Source of the DNA: a bacterium
GTDB lineage: Bacteria > Zhuqueibacterota > Zhuqueibacteria > Residuimicrobiales > Krinioviventaceae
DNA length: 64,000 bases
Assembly: GCA_963693055.1 (NCBI GenBank)
Contig: OY843751.1
Location: forward strand, 3,200,001 to 3,264,000
Direction of reading: 5' to 3'
Shown here one piece after another: positions 20,201 through 29,135 of the stretch. Each line of letters opens with the position of its first letter. Position 1 is the stretch's first letter. The notes under the pieces are model-generated. The model did not search any database. It saw nothing but the letters and a program-made list of their open reading frames with translations, and was not told where the DNA came from. The translations under genes and the position numbers were made by a program.

Positions 20201-21455
20201 TTTGAACAATTGGCTTAGCGTTGTTATGGATGCGGTCAACAGCTGAAACCGTGGAAGGTTTTGCCGCTTGGTCTATTTTTTCAGGTGCCTGGGTTTGCAC
20301 AGGAGATTTTTCTGCTGTATTCTTTTCTGTCTTGACGACTTTAGCAGAAAGATCTGTTTTCTGATTATCTATTGCACTAGTCCCATTATCAAAAGATACC
20401 GGGACTTTATCCGCGTTTAAATTGCCATTCGAATTGGCTGCTTTAGCAATTGTCGCACTGGTTCGCAGAGTTTCTTGAGCTATACTGGTACGAGTGTCAG
20501 AATTTGAATCGGCTTTTACCTGGGCAATATTAGCATCACTGTGCTCTGTCACAACAGACGGATTTTTTATAGCGTTTTTTTCAGATTTTGCTTCAACATT
20601 AACTTTATTATTAGTGGCAGTAATAACATTTTCATTATTTTGCTTTTCCTGCTTTATTACAGGTATTAGATCGGATGTGTCAATATTAACTTTGGCATTT
20701 TCATGAACCAAAGTTTTACTGGTGCTCACAGCAGCATGTTTAACATGTGTATGTTTAGATTCAAGTGGTTTATCACTTTTTTCAACAGAATTCAACATTG
20801 ATACAGTTTCGACAGCTTGAGCTTTGAATTCCTCTTGTGGTTTTTCAACAATTGACACTGTATTCTTTTTAATTTCTACATTTGAATTAACTTGATGAGG
20901 CATCCCGATTATGGGTTGCGTTTCAGCGGAATTCGCATCAATTTTTGTTTTTTGATATTTTTTTACTTTTACAATATCATCAGTTACATTTTCAGTTGTA
21001 TTAGTAACTGGTTGTTCTTTACTGCTTGCCTGGTTAATGTTAGATACAGATTTCTTTTTAACATCAGTTATCGCGTTTTTTGTCGTGTTTTTTTCAACGG
21101 TACCTGTAACATCTTTGTCCATTTTTACAGATACAGATGGATTGATAATAAACTGTCTTACACGATCCTTATTTTTTGCTCCAAGCGTATGGATATTGAT
21201 GGGAGAGTCAGTATTTTTCTTGTTGTTTGTTGGTACACTAGTATCTTTAATTTTTGAGCTATCTACATTATCACCAAAAGGAGAGATATTAGATTTCTGA
21301 AAAGATTGAGTACTATTAACATTACCCAATATCTGTTTAAATATAGATTGACCGGCAGATTCAGCTTTTGCCTGTTGTTTACCGGAAAACATTTGCATCA
21401 ATCCACTGTTTTTGAATTTGCTAAATAATTTCCCGATGTTTGTCATTTGTTTCAT
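17247..21455 (-). CDS. fliK: hook-length control protein FliK, very long (1402 aa)
   Basis: Long low-complexity S/T/N/K/E region and C-terminal T3S4-like AELGLLRIEL...LEQAMPELRQSL plus Gln-rich tail; directly upstream of flgD. Confidence 0.8.
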   Translation of the reverse strand: MKQMTNIGKLFSKFKNSGLMQMFSGKQQAKAESAGQSIFKQILGNVNSTQSFQKSNISPFGDNVDSSKIKDTSVPTNNKKNTDSPINIHTLGAKNKDRVRQFIINPSVSVKMDKDVTGTVEKNTTKNAITDVKKKSVSNINQASSKEQPVTNTTENVTDDIVKVKKYQKTKIDANSAETQPIIGMPHQVNSNVEIKKNTVSIVEKPQEEFKAQAVETVSMLNSVEKSDKPLESKHTHVKHAAVSTSKTLVHENAKVNIDTSDLIPVIKQEKQNNENVITATNNKVNVEAKSEKNAIKNPSVVTEHSDANIAQVKADSNSDTRTSIAQETLRTSATIAKAANSNGNLNADKVPVSFDNGTSAIDNQKTDLSAKVVKTEKNTAEKSPVQTQAPEKIDQAAKPSTVSAVDRIHNNAKPIVQNNDNVTRTEIETPKTSDTKNTTVAESKPVQDNITVKNNLQSTPKVENKADYQTSNKPLIRGEHATNEIKDTAKNELITSLQNNSQNSIKAESLRMTDPAIESVSYSKSENVNVNPTVTNHAKTHENFKVETKAVSSKTEKETVTNSESITRNAKMEKPNETLVPDNSKSTKSVNSVNLEPTVINTKKNKTDIAAPSIKESGSVQNKVVAETKASVQSASTAKQSASVKNTTASVIVNDVKSENTKPAAKQQASVENNKIDTVTSNNSKKVESIPKEIKSNTFADTEINKLTAKREMKLMTLSEPEIAKTDSQNTDAKSVAKADQGVDTKNVITKIKQFIVKSNQSDNAAQKQSDTPLAENKNGSVNIETDSTVKDGNKIKTVSTPGPSVSKTESKQVKDDAVIKTSLNEPAAKVNENKVVVDAVRVSDKIVDTQNSLTVSDKINTANNDSQISLVDEKVQLDEKQTILALNKNTERVVTEKSNQKVIEPLPEMHTEKNNAIKSTKPLMDSIRNEYIATASAEKNIVQNQTFGIVNNTVDQKKETTVTVNSNKDKFVNSKINTDLNSSLESRVSVESEKSDKAIKPVSKVKADVIAEKSTAIVDEKQDNTNKQQVVNKFSVNKSQGSNPTLQNPKVTEYELDDTKFDENTFQAKTGSDTEIKSDSNKKYQSKTVVPNTSNMEVDKTELKDDDSRLQTKDTPGKTAISESMIAKNEKNSNIASETVEQPKVSTNQKQVLAQSVSQAKSFGDADNVENKHVFVAASENKPATVNKTQSNSNQTQTAKPVTLVTEKAVTEEFQKDMGSNEQNLSEQSNFKGQTVFSNSAVNNATFSSQMNANIVASKSEISYLSQQIHEGYEMLLNRSTDEKLALSARTAELGLLRIELTKQDNDVQIVLKVQSEQSQRMLEQAMPELRQSLSKSQVQVQELRIVSSENSDQQDMSRQHAFNRQRQEQQNNQNNSAISKSRTQDKQYTEFQSVYETLA

Positions 21456-21466
21456 GCCAGTCTCCT

Positions 21467-22312
21467 CTACTGCACCATATACTTACAAATCTGTGTAGCT
21501 TTTCCAGGCTCCATAGCTTCAAGAATTTTGGCTGCCTGTCTCTCACGTATTTTCATCAACATTTGCGCTGCGGTTTCAGAATCAAAATCAGCAAGTATTG
21601 TTGCAGCTTGTTTGGGTTTCATTGAACTGTAAATCTTGGCACTATTTGCCAGGGCCTTTTCACGTTCTAGTCTTTCCTGTTCGAGTTTAGCCAACCTGGC
21701 CTGTTCTTTTTTTGCCTCAAGTTCCTGCTCAAACTTTTTTTCTTCAATACTGGGTGTTGTATCTTGAACAACAATGGTTTTAGGCTCTACCAATTTTAAT
21801 GAATCAATTTCCAGAGACATCTGCTCAATATCTGCAGCCTGTTTTTTCAGATTTCTCAATTCACTCCACAGAAAATCAATTTCACGCTTTCTGCGGCCAT
21901 TCTCCATTTTGAGTATTTGCATATGATCTTCAACTGTTAAAAACCCTTCCGGTGGTACATAATACCCGTCACCTTTAACAGTATCACCCAAAGACATTGC
22001 ATGTATCGAGTTTGAATCCACTTGTGACAAGGCCAAAGAATCAGCATTCATTGTGGAATCCACATCAACAACTGATTGATTTTGAAAAATATCAAATGAA
22101 TTTTGGTTCCGTTTATGAACAATAAAATACATAAATACAAATACAATAAAGAATGACCACATGAGTGCAATTCCCCACATGAGTAAATTCTTGGGGAGCC
22201 ATTTTTTACCGCCTTCATCGTAATCATCAAAATCGGTAGGACCAAAATCCTCTGCCTCTTCATTTAGATCACTGGATTCATCATCTAATTGATTTTCTAA
22301 TTCTTCATCCAT
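21467..22312 (-). CDS. MotE/YlxF-like flagellar protein (MgtE N-terminal-like domain)
   Basis: TM plus coiled coil, then AKIYSSMKPKQAATIL...RQAAKILEAMEP; between fliJ and fliK. Confidence 0.8.
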   Translation of the reverse strand: MDEELENQLDDESSDLNEEAEDFGPTDFDDYDEGGKKWLPKNLLMWGIALMWSFFIVFVFMYFIVHKRNQNSFDIFQNQSVVDVDSTMNADSLALSQVDSNSIHAMSLGDTVKGDGYYVPPEGFLTVEDHMQILKMENGRRKREIDFLWSELRNLKKQAADIEQMSLEIDSLKLVEPKTIVVQDTTPSIEEKKFEQELEAKKEQARLAKLEQERLEREKALANSAKIYSSMKPKQAATILADFDSETAAQMLMKIRERQAAKILEAMEPGKATQICKYMVQ

Positions 22313-22315
22313 ATT

Positions 22316-22768
22316 CTATACTCTGGTACGTTTTCTAATTGAATCGATTACCGCGACCTCGTCCAGGAACTTTTGTTCTTCAGCTTCGGCCAACTTTAAA
22401 TAATTCTCATATTGTTTTTCATCAAGCTTTTCAAGTATCTTTTTATCTTTTTGTGCCGATATTGCTTGAATTACTTTTTCATTTACTACTTTTTGTGCTT
22501 TTTGTATATTTTCAACTTGTAATTGCTTGAGTATTAATTTTCCTTCAATATTTCTATAAACCGTATTTAATAAAACAGATGACTGATGCTGTTCTTTCAA
22601 TAGTTGAATTAATGCATTAGCTTCCATTTCTTCAGCTTTGAGTTTCTCCAGCTTTTCCATTTCCAGATTTAATTGTTGAAAAGCCTCAGCCAATTCTTTT
22701 TGTTTTTCCTTTTCTCTTATCTTTCTTACTTTTAAGACCTGTTCAAGTGAAAATTTATATCGTTTCAA
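22316..22768 (-). CDS. fliJ: flagellar export chaperone FliJ
   Basis: YKFSLEQVLKVR, KILEKL, EQKFLDE; follows fliI. Confidence 0.9.
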   Translation of the reverse strand: MKRYKFSLEQVLKVRKIREKEKQKELAEAFQQLNLEMEKLEKLKAEEMEANALIQLLKEQHQSSVLLNTVYRNIEGKLILKQLQVENIQKAQKVVNEKVIQAISAQKDKKILEKLDEKQYENYLKLAEAEEQKFLDEVAVIDSIRKRTRV

Positions 22769-22785
22769 TATAGTATCCAGTCTGC

Positions 22786-24114
22786 TTATTTAAATATAGT
22801 CAACAGTTGTTCTATCGTTTGATTAAATACCGCTTTTTCATATTGTCGCTGTTTTAAAAAGGTTCGTATAGTTTCTATATGATTAATAGCAAAATCAATT
22901 TTAGGATTATTACCTTTAATATATGCTCCTATATTGATCAAATCTTCAGCTTCCTGAAAAGTTGCAAGTGCATCTCTTAATTTTAATGCAGATAATAGAT
23001 GTTCCTCCGGGATAATATCATTCATCACACGGCTAACACTTTGCAATACATCAATTGCAGGATAGTGGTTCTGTTCCGCCAACCGTCTTGACAAGACCAT
23101 ATGACCATCCAGGATAGATCGCACGGTATCTGCAACCGGATCATTCATATCATCACTTTCTACTAAAACTGTATAAAATCCGGTAATACTGCCTTTATCA
23201 GACATGCCGGCACGTTCCAGCAATCTTGGCATCAAAGCAAATACAGATGGTGTATACCCCTTTGTTGTTGGAGGTTCACCTACTGCAAGACCAATTTCAC
23301 GCTGGGCCATTGCAACACGAGTAACCGAATCCATCATCAATACAACACGGTTTCCCTGATCTCTAAAATACTCTGCAATAGAAGTGGCTATTTGCGCACC
23401 TCGAATTCTTAAAACTGCAGCCTGGTCGGAAGTTACTACAACTATGACAGATTTCTTTAATCCTTCTTCGCCCAGACTGTTTTCAATAAATTCATTAACT
23501 TCCCGGCCACGTTCTCCAATCAAAGCAATTACATTAACATCCGCATTACTGCTGCGGGCAATCATACCCAGCAATACACTCTTGCCAACACCACTACCTG
23601 CAAAAATCCCCATTCTCTGCCCTTCACCACAAGTGATCATGCTGTCAATTGATCGTATACCTGTGGTTAATGGCTCTGTGATTCTGGGACGTGACAATGC
23701 AGATGGTGGCTCCTGATTGATATTGGCTTTTTCTGTTGTAATAATGGGGCCTTTGCCGTCAATAGGATTTCCATAACCATCCAGCACACGTCCTAACAGA
23801 CTGTTACCAACCTGAAGTGTCAACGTTTGTTTCTCGGTTGAAACTTTACAACCCGCACTTATACCATTTGTATCTGAAAATGGCATAAGCAGTACATGAT
23901 CTCCATCAAGCCCAACAACTTCTGCTGCTTTCTTTTCATCAGACGTTGTTGTTTCAATCCAGCAGATATTTCCAACCGATACATTCGGACCACGAGATTC
24001 AACCAAAAGGCCCTTAACCCGAGACACCTGACCTCTGAACTGAATGGCATTGCATTCTTCAAGAGCTTTGATAGCATTATTCATCATTAAATTGTTATAT
24101 TCAATCATTGCCAT
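22786..24114 (-). CDS. fliI: flagellar export ATPase FliI
   Basis: GIFAGSGVGKS, IGERGREV, MDSVTR, LLERAG; ATG 24114 preceded by GGAGA preferred over the ORF-track start 24138. Confidence 0.97.
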   Translation of the reverse strand: MAMIEYNNLMMNNAIKALEECNAIQFRGQVSRVKGLLVESRGPNVSVGNICWIETTTSDEKKAAEVVGLDGDHVLLMPFSDTNGISAGCKVSTEKQTLTLQVGNSLLGRVLDGYGNPIDGKGPIITTEKANINQEPPSALSRPRITEPLTTGIRSIDSMITCGEGQRMGIFAGSGVGKSVLLGMIARSSNADVNVIALIGERGREVNEFIENSLGEEGLKKSVIVVVTSDQAAVLRIRGAQIATSIAEYFRDQGNRVVLMMDSVTRVAMAQREIGLAVGEPPTTKGYTPSVFALMPRLLERAGMSDKGSITGFYTVLVESDDMNDPVADTVRSILDGHMVLSRRLAEQNHYPAIDVLQSVSRVMNDIIPEEHLLSALKLRDALATFQEAEDLINIGAYIKGNNPKIDFAINHIETIRTFLKQRQYEKAVFNQTIEQLLTIFK

Positions 24115-24754
24115 CAGTATCTCCGAGAAAACTTTCAAAGAGCGATTTTTGTAATATTTCCAATTGCTTATCTATGCGAGCATCAATATCACCACTTTCA
24201 GTAGCAATTATGCAACTACCTTTATCAATATCCGCATGTTCTTCAAGCTTTATTTTTTTGTCGAAATAATCTTTTTTAATAGCAGGCAAATATTTTTCAA
24301 GAATCTTTTTATCTTCAGGATTCACCTGGATTAAAAGCTCATCATCATTACCGCTTGAATGAATAGCATTATTTACAATATTTAGTATAAATGTGTCATC
24401 AATTTCTATTTTATCATAAATCACTTTTTGTGCAACTGCCATTGCAAGCGTAGCAACCTTTGTATTAAATTCATCATAAAAGATAGCGCGACTGTTCATA
24501 AAGTGGTTCACTTCATTAGATAAAGCAGTCAACAAAGCATTCACATGAGCCAGTTCTTGCACTTTATTCTTTTCAACCTGCAGATTCTCATATTTTAATT
24601 TAATTTCCTGAGCTGCAAGATCCAGTTCTTGTTGTCTTGCCTCCATTTCGGCTTTTTTGATAATGGTTTGTTTCGGTTTGAGTTGTTCTGCAACTCGCCT
24701 TACATCTTTCATTTCACGAACCGGGAATGGCATATTTAATTTAAGATTATACAT
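24101..24754 (-). CDS. fliH: flagellar assembly protein FliH
   Basis: VNPED and GSCIIATESGDIDARI; probable ATG at 24754 overlapping the fliG stop. Confidence 0.88.
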   Translation of the reverse strand: MYNLKLNMPFPVREMKDVRRVAEQLKPKQTIIKKAEMEARQQELDLAAQEIKLKYENLQVEKNKVQELAHVNALLTALSNEVNHFMNSRAIFYDEFNTKVATLAMAVAQKVIYDKIEIDDTFILNIVNNAIHSSGNDDELLIQVNPEDKKILEKYLPAIKKDYFDKKIKLEEHADIDKGSCIIATESGDIDARIDKQLEILQKSLFESFLGDTDGND

Positions 24755-25760
24755 AAACTTCACGATCCGATGTTGGCAATGCAACTTCACCAGCTTCAAC
24801 AAGCTTTTTAATTTGCTGTGCAATTTGTTGTTGTACAGCTTCCACTTCAGACAATCTAACTTTACCAAGATATTCAACTTCTTCGTTAAGAATATTTTTA
24901 GCACGTTCAGACATATTGTCAAAAATTCTGTTTTTCAATTCATCTGGTGATACCTTGAGAGCAAGTGCTAGATCTTTCATTTCAATATCACGCATGAGAC
25001 GTTGAATCGCATTGTCATCCAATTGGATAATGATATCGAATACAAACATACGTTTTTCAACTTCTTTAGCCAGATCATCGTCATAATCTTCAAGGGCTTT
25101 AAGAGCACTTTTCTCAGCTTTCTGACCGATAAAGTTAAGGATAGCAGCAACCTTGTCAGCACCACCCGCTTTTTCATGTCTAATCCTCAGATCCATACTG
25201 GATGAAAGTGCATGCTCAACTTCACCAACAAGACTACTGTCAATAGATTTCATAAGAGTAAGACGAATAATAATCTCGTTCCGCATATTTTCATCAAATT
25301 TTGACAAAATTGAACCCGCTTGTTCAGAATCCAACTGTGATAAAATAAATGCAACAGTTTGTGGATGTTCTTCAGAAAGCATCTGAATAAATTGTTCCGG
25401 ATGCAACTTTCCAATAACTCCAATATCATGTACATCATTGGTTCGACGGAGCTTGTCGATAATTTTCATAGCACGGCCAGAATCGAGAGCTTCAACAAGA
25501 ACGTCACGTGCATAATCAATACCACCCGCGACCATATATTTTTGACCCATGATCAGATTCTGAAATTCTTCAATTACCTGTTCAAACTGGTCAGAGGGAA
25601 CGTTTTCTAGAATTGCCATTTCCCTGGTTATTAATTCGATTTCCTGGTCATTGAGTTCTTTAAAAACAGCAGCTGCAGCTTTTGAACCTAAACCGATAAG
25701 CAAAATGGCTGATTTACGAATACCGACGCCATGACTACTAATTTTGTTTTCACCATCCAT
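24747..25760 (-). CDS. fliG: flagellar switch protein FliG
   Basis: GGIDYA, EHPQT, MFVF, NMSERA, VEAVQ. Confidence 0.97.
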   Translation of the reverse strand: MDGENKISSHGVGIRKSAILLIGLGSKAAAAVFKELNDQEIELITREMAILENVPSDQFEQVIEEFQNLIMGQKYMVAGGIDYARDVLVEALDSGRAMKIIDKLRRTNDVHDIGVIGKLHPEQFIQMLSEEHPQTVAFILSQLDSEQAGSILSKFDENMRNEIIIRLTLMKSIDSSLVGEVEHALSSSMDLRIRHEKAGGADKVAAILNFIGQKAEKSALKALEDYDDDLAKEVEKRMFVFDIIIQLDDNAIQRLMRDIEMKDLALALKVSPDELKNRIFDNMSERAKNILNEEVEYLGKVRLSEVEAVQQQIAQQIKKLVEAGEVALPTSDREVYV

Positions 25761-25763
25761 ATT

Positions 25764-27329
25764 TTAACCTTCCGACAACCAGGCACGAATCAATTGTGCC
25801 GTCATACTTGGATTATTAACAATATAATTTGAGATGTCTTCATTACGCTGCAATGGACCAGCTGTAGCTTTTTCAATTTCTTCCAAAAAGTCTATATCAT
25901 CTTCCTCAGGCGCTTCAAGTGATCCTGCCATTTCAGAATCATAATCACCACCTTCAAGTTGATGAGTAGTATCTCCAAAAATCTCTCTTCTACCTTTATT
26001 CATTCTAGCTCTGAATATTATAAATCCTACAATTAGCAGTAAAACTGTTGCTGCTTTTTGAATAAGATCTCCCCATTTTTCCCAGAAGGTTATCTGTTTG
26101 TTCAATTCTTCAAGGGTTAACCAGGTTTGACCTTCAAACGCAAGATTGTGTACAACCAGCTGATCGCCACGATCTTCACTAATACCAATTGCATTGCGTG
26201 TTAATGTTTCAATTTGAGAAATTTCTTCAGGTGTACGGGGGCTGTATTCAATAACCGTTTCACCATCTTCATTGGTTGTTTTTACCTGACGGTCATTTAA
26301 TGTTACAGCAACTGAAAGACGTTTAATGCTACCAATATCTTCAATGATATGTTCAACAGATTTTGCCAATTGGTAATTTGTTACAATATGTTCTACATTA
26401 TTTTCACCATAATTGGCAGAATCAGAAGCAGTCTGAGTTTCAGTTTCTTCTGACAATACAACAGTATTTTCAGGATCATAAATTTCATTTGTCTTTTCAA
26501 TACGACGAAAATCAAGTTCAGCAGTAGCTCTTACAATAGAATTCCCCTGACCCAAAAATTGGTCAAGCATAGTTTGAGCTTTATCTTCAAGGTATGATTC
26601 CAGTTGAGATTGCAGTTGTAACTGACTTTCATTTAATGCTGCAATTGAATCAGACTTGCGATTTTTGGTAAGAATATTACCTTTATCATCAACAATGGTA
26701 ACATTTTCATTATCAAGTCCTTCAACACTACCTGCAACCAGTTGAGCAATACCTCGTATATGTTCTTCACTTAAACGGGCTCGGCCTTTTAAAAGCAAAA
26801 AGATAGATGCGGAAGGATCTTCCTGGTCTTCTTTGAAAACACGTTCTTTGGGGAAAACGAGGTGTACGCGTGCTTTTTCAACTTCTTCCATAGACTGGAT
26901 AGTTCGGCATAATTCGCCTTCAATAGCACGTCGATAGTTTAATTGTTGAACAAATTCAGATACGCCAATATCGTTTTTATCGAAAAGCTCATATCCGAAT
27001 CCGGTTGAATTTGCAGGTAAACCATTTGAGGCCAGCTTCATTCTGGCTTCATAAAGTTCTTTCCGGGGGATCATTAATCCCCGGCCACCCTGGGTAATTT
27101 TATAAGATATATTTTCAGCTTCAAGTTGATCTATTACAGCCTGTGCATCGGAAGGTTCTAGTTCAGTCATCAATAAAGCATAATCTGGCTTAACAGCCCA
27201 ATTGATCACTCCACCCAGCAACACAAAAGCCATAACAAACACAAGAATAATAGTTGCGCGCTGTGCCATTGTCAAATTAACAAACGGCTCCGCAAAGCGC
27301 TCCCGTAGAACACTCAATAATTCAGCCAT
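25764..27329 (-). CDS. fliF: MS-ring protein FliF
   Basis: GYELFD, YRRAIEGEL, ARVHL, PSASI, IKRLSVAV, RGD, IRAWL. Confidence 0.97.
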   Translation of the reverse strand: MAELLSVLRERFAEPFVNLTMAQRATIILVFVMAFVLLGGVINWAVKPDYALLMTELEPSDAQAVIDQLEAENISYKITQGGRGLMIPRKELYEARMKLASNGLPANSTGFGYELFDKNDIGVSEFVQQLNYRRAIEGELCRTIQSMEEVEKARVHLVFPKERVFKEDQEDPSASIFLLLKGRARLSEEHIRGIAQLVAGSVEGLDNENVTIVDDKGNILTKNRKSDSIAALNESQLQLQSQLESYLEDKAQTMLDQFLGQGNSIVRATAELDFRRIEKTNEIYDPENTVVLSEETETQTASDSANYGENNVEHIVTNYQLAKSVEHIIEDIGSIKRLSVAVTLNDRQVKTTNEDGETVIEYSPRTPEEISQIETLTRNAIGISEDRGDQLVVHNLAFEGQTWLTLEELNKQITFWEKWGDLIQKAATVLLLIVGFIIFRARMNKGRREIFGDTTHQLEGGDYDSEMAGSLEAPEEDDIDFLEEIEKATAGPLQRNEDISNYIVNNPSMTAQLIRAWLSEG

Positions 27330-27370
27330 GTTTCCCTTTTCAATATTAAACTACAAAAACTCACTTATTC

Positions 27371-27676
27371 TTACATTTGCATTCGTGTGACCTCACGATA
27401 TGCTTCTATCAATCTGTTTCTTACCTCAAGTACCAATTCCAATCCAACACCGGCTTTTTCAGCAGCAATCATTACATCATGCACGTCCTCAATTTCCCCA
27501 GAAGCAAACTGCTCAGCTATTTCCCCTGCCTCTAATTGAGAATCATTGATCTCACCCAAAATCTGTTTAACCCGTGAACCAAAACTGCTCACATCTTGGT
27601 TCGGATTATTATTTCCCTTTTGGGGATTAATTTCGGGAAGTAATGAACTTCCTGTGATTGAATTAATGGAACTCAT
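27371..27676 (-). CDS. fliE: hook-basal body protein FliE
   Basis: VHDVMIAAEKA..VRNRLIEAYREVTRMQM. Confidence 0.96.
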   Translation of the reverse strand: MSSINSITGSSLLPEINPQKGNNNPNQDVSSFGSRVKQILGEINDSQLEAGEIAEQFASGEIEDVHDVMIAAEKAGVGLELVLEVRNRLIEAYREVTRMQM

Positions 27677-27686
27677 ACATAAACTC

Positions 27687-28034
27687 TTATGTTGTTAAAT
27701 CCAGTTTTGTACCGATAGAGTAACTGTTAGATGCGGTGTTGTTCATCTTGTATGCATCTACTCCCCAATTACTGGAATTACCGGGGAACAGTTCTTGAAG
27801 CATTGATTTTTCTTCAGGCTCTATCACTTCATCCAATGTCTTTGGTAAATTTTGTAAACTAATATCAACATTTGCAGCTTTGGTAGTGGACTGTGCAGTC
27901 TGTGCTTTTGTTTGTGACTGCTGTGTTTGTACCTGATTCTGCTTTTGCACTTCAGCACCAGTACCCTTTTGGGCCTGCTGTTGAGGCATGCTTGATATCA
28001 TATTACGTGAATATGCACTGGATTCAATTCTCAT
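27687..28034 (-). CDS. hypothetical Gln-rich protein inserted between flgC and fliE
   Basis: 115-aa ORF with RBS GAGG; ends GTKLDLTT. Confidence 0.75.
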   Translation of the reverse strand: MRIESSAYSRNMISSMPQQQAQKGTGAEVQKQNQVQTQQSQTKAQTAQSTTKAANVDISLQNLPKTLDEVIEPEEKSMLQELFPGNSSNWGVDAYKMNNTASNSYSIGTKLDLTT

Positions 28035-28054
28035 TATTTACCTCAAATTTATAA

Positions 28055-28552
28055 TTAAATTTCGAGTGCTTTTTTAAACATATCTTTGGCTGCATTAATT
28101 ACTGTAGCATTGGCTTCATAAGCTCTTGCCGCAGACATTAATTTCACCATTTCTTCAATTGAATTTATATCTGCAACTTCAACATATCCTTCTTCATTTG
28201 CATGAGGATGCTCAGGCGCATAAATCAATTTCGTATCACTGTTTTCAAGTTCATATGCTTCTGCACGCACACCTGTTTCTGTTTCGTTTGCGTTCAGCTT
28301 TTTTTGTATACCTTTCATATGCTGAGCATAAGAACGTACCAATCGGGTTTGAGACCGTTGCAAAGAGCCTTTAAATGAATCCTCTTCCCTTGCAATAAAC
28401 TCTAAATCTTTGGGTTTATAAGGTTCACCGGTCTTGCTATCTATACTTTCGGCATTTGCAATATTTTCAGCACGTACTTCGAGATTTTTGCGCTGTGCGC
28501 TTAAACCACTTCCGCTTATACCAAATACACCAAATATTTTTCCGATTGCCAT
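28055..28552 (-). CDS. flgC: proximal rod protein FlgC
   Basis: SGSGLSAQR..ENIANA, PEHPHANEEGYV, ARAYEAN. Confidence 0.96.
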   Translation of the reverse strand: MAIGKIFGVFGISGSGLSAQRKNLEVRAENIANAESIDSKTGEPYKPKDLEFIAREEDSFKGSLQRSQTRLVRSYAQHMKGIQKKLNANETETGVRAEAYELENSDTKLIYAPEHPHANEEGYVEVADINSIEEMVKLMSAARAYEANATVINAAKDMFKKALEI

Positions 28553-28568
28553 AATTAAAACTCCCTGC

Positions 28569-28970
28569 TTATTTTCCGGTAATTGCTTTATGCAAAGATT
28601 TAAATTTTGCCGCAGTAATACGGGAAGTAGCAGAATAATACAACTGGTTTTCAGCTGTTTTTACCATTTCTTTATCAATATCAACATTGTTAACGCCACT
28701 TTCCAAAATCTTGGAATTATCTCTTTCAATTACAATATTTTCCGATGAACTGGAACCACCAATAGGAATATGTCTATAATCAGAACGGAGCGTTTCCAGT
28801 TTGCTTGTTTTGGCATTTAACAATTCCGTAAAATCCACATCTTTGGTTTGGTAACCAGGTGTATTAATATTTGAAATATTTTCTGCAATAGTACGTTGTC
28901 TAGCCGCAGAACCATCCAGCATGCGGTCGAACAGGGGTACATTTACTTTGTCAAATATGGCTTTAAACAT
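28569..28970 (-). CDS. flgB: proximal rod protein FlgB
   Basis: RQRTIAENISNINTPGY, NNVDIDKEM. Confidence 0.96.
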   Translation of the reverse strand: MFKAIFDKVNVPLFDRMLDGSAARQRTIAENISNINTPGYQTKDVDFTELLNAKTSKLETLRSDYRHIPIGGSSSSENIVIERDNSKILESGVNNVDIDKEMVKTAENQLYYSATSRITAAKFKSLHKAITGK

Positions 28971-29009
28971 GTTTACACCTAATAAAATTTATACCTACAG
29001 TGCAAAACT

Positions 29010-29025
29010 AGCAAGGCCTGTGCCA
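29010..29025 (-). promoter_or_regulatory. sigma54 -24/-12 promoter for the flgB operon
   Basis: Consensus TGGCAC-AGGCC-TTGCT about 40 bp upstream of flgB. Confidence 0.85.
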
Positions 29026-29135
29026 AATTGTTTGACACAGGCCTTGTGTTTAAATTCATTGATTTTATTTAACTTATAACAGGATGGGTAAAATCAGAGG
29101 AAAAAATGGAGATTTTAAAGAGAAAAAAGTTACAG

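Noticed and set aside
24755-24922. Apparent 168-nt N-terminal extension of FliH overlapping fliG
   Set aside because: ORF-caller extension; ATG 24754 overlapping the fliG stop gives a normal-sized, translationally coupled FliH
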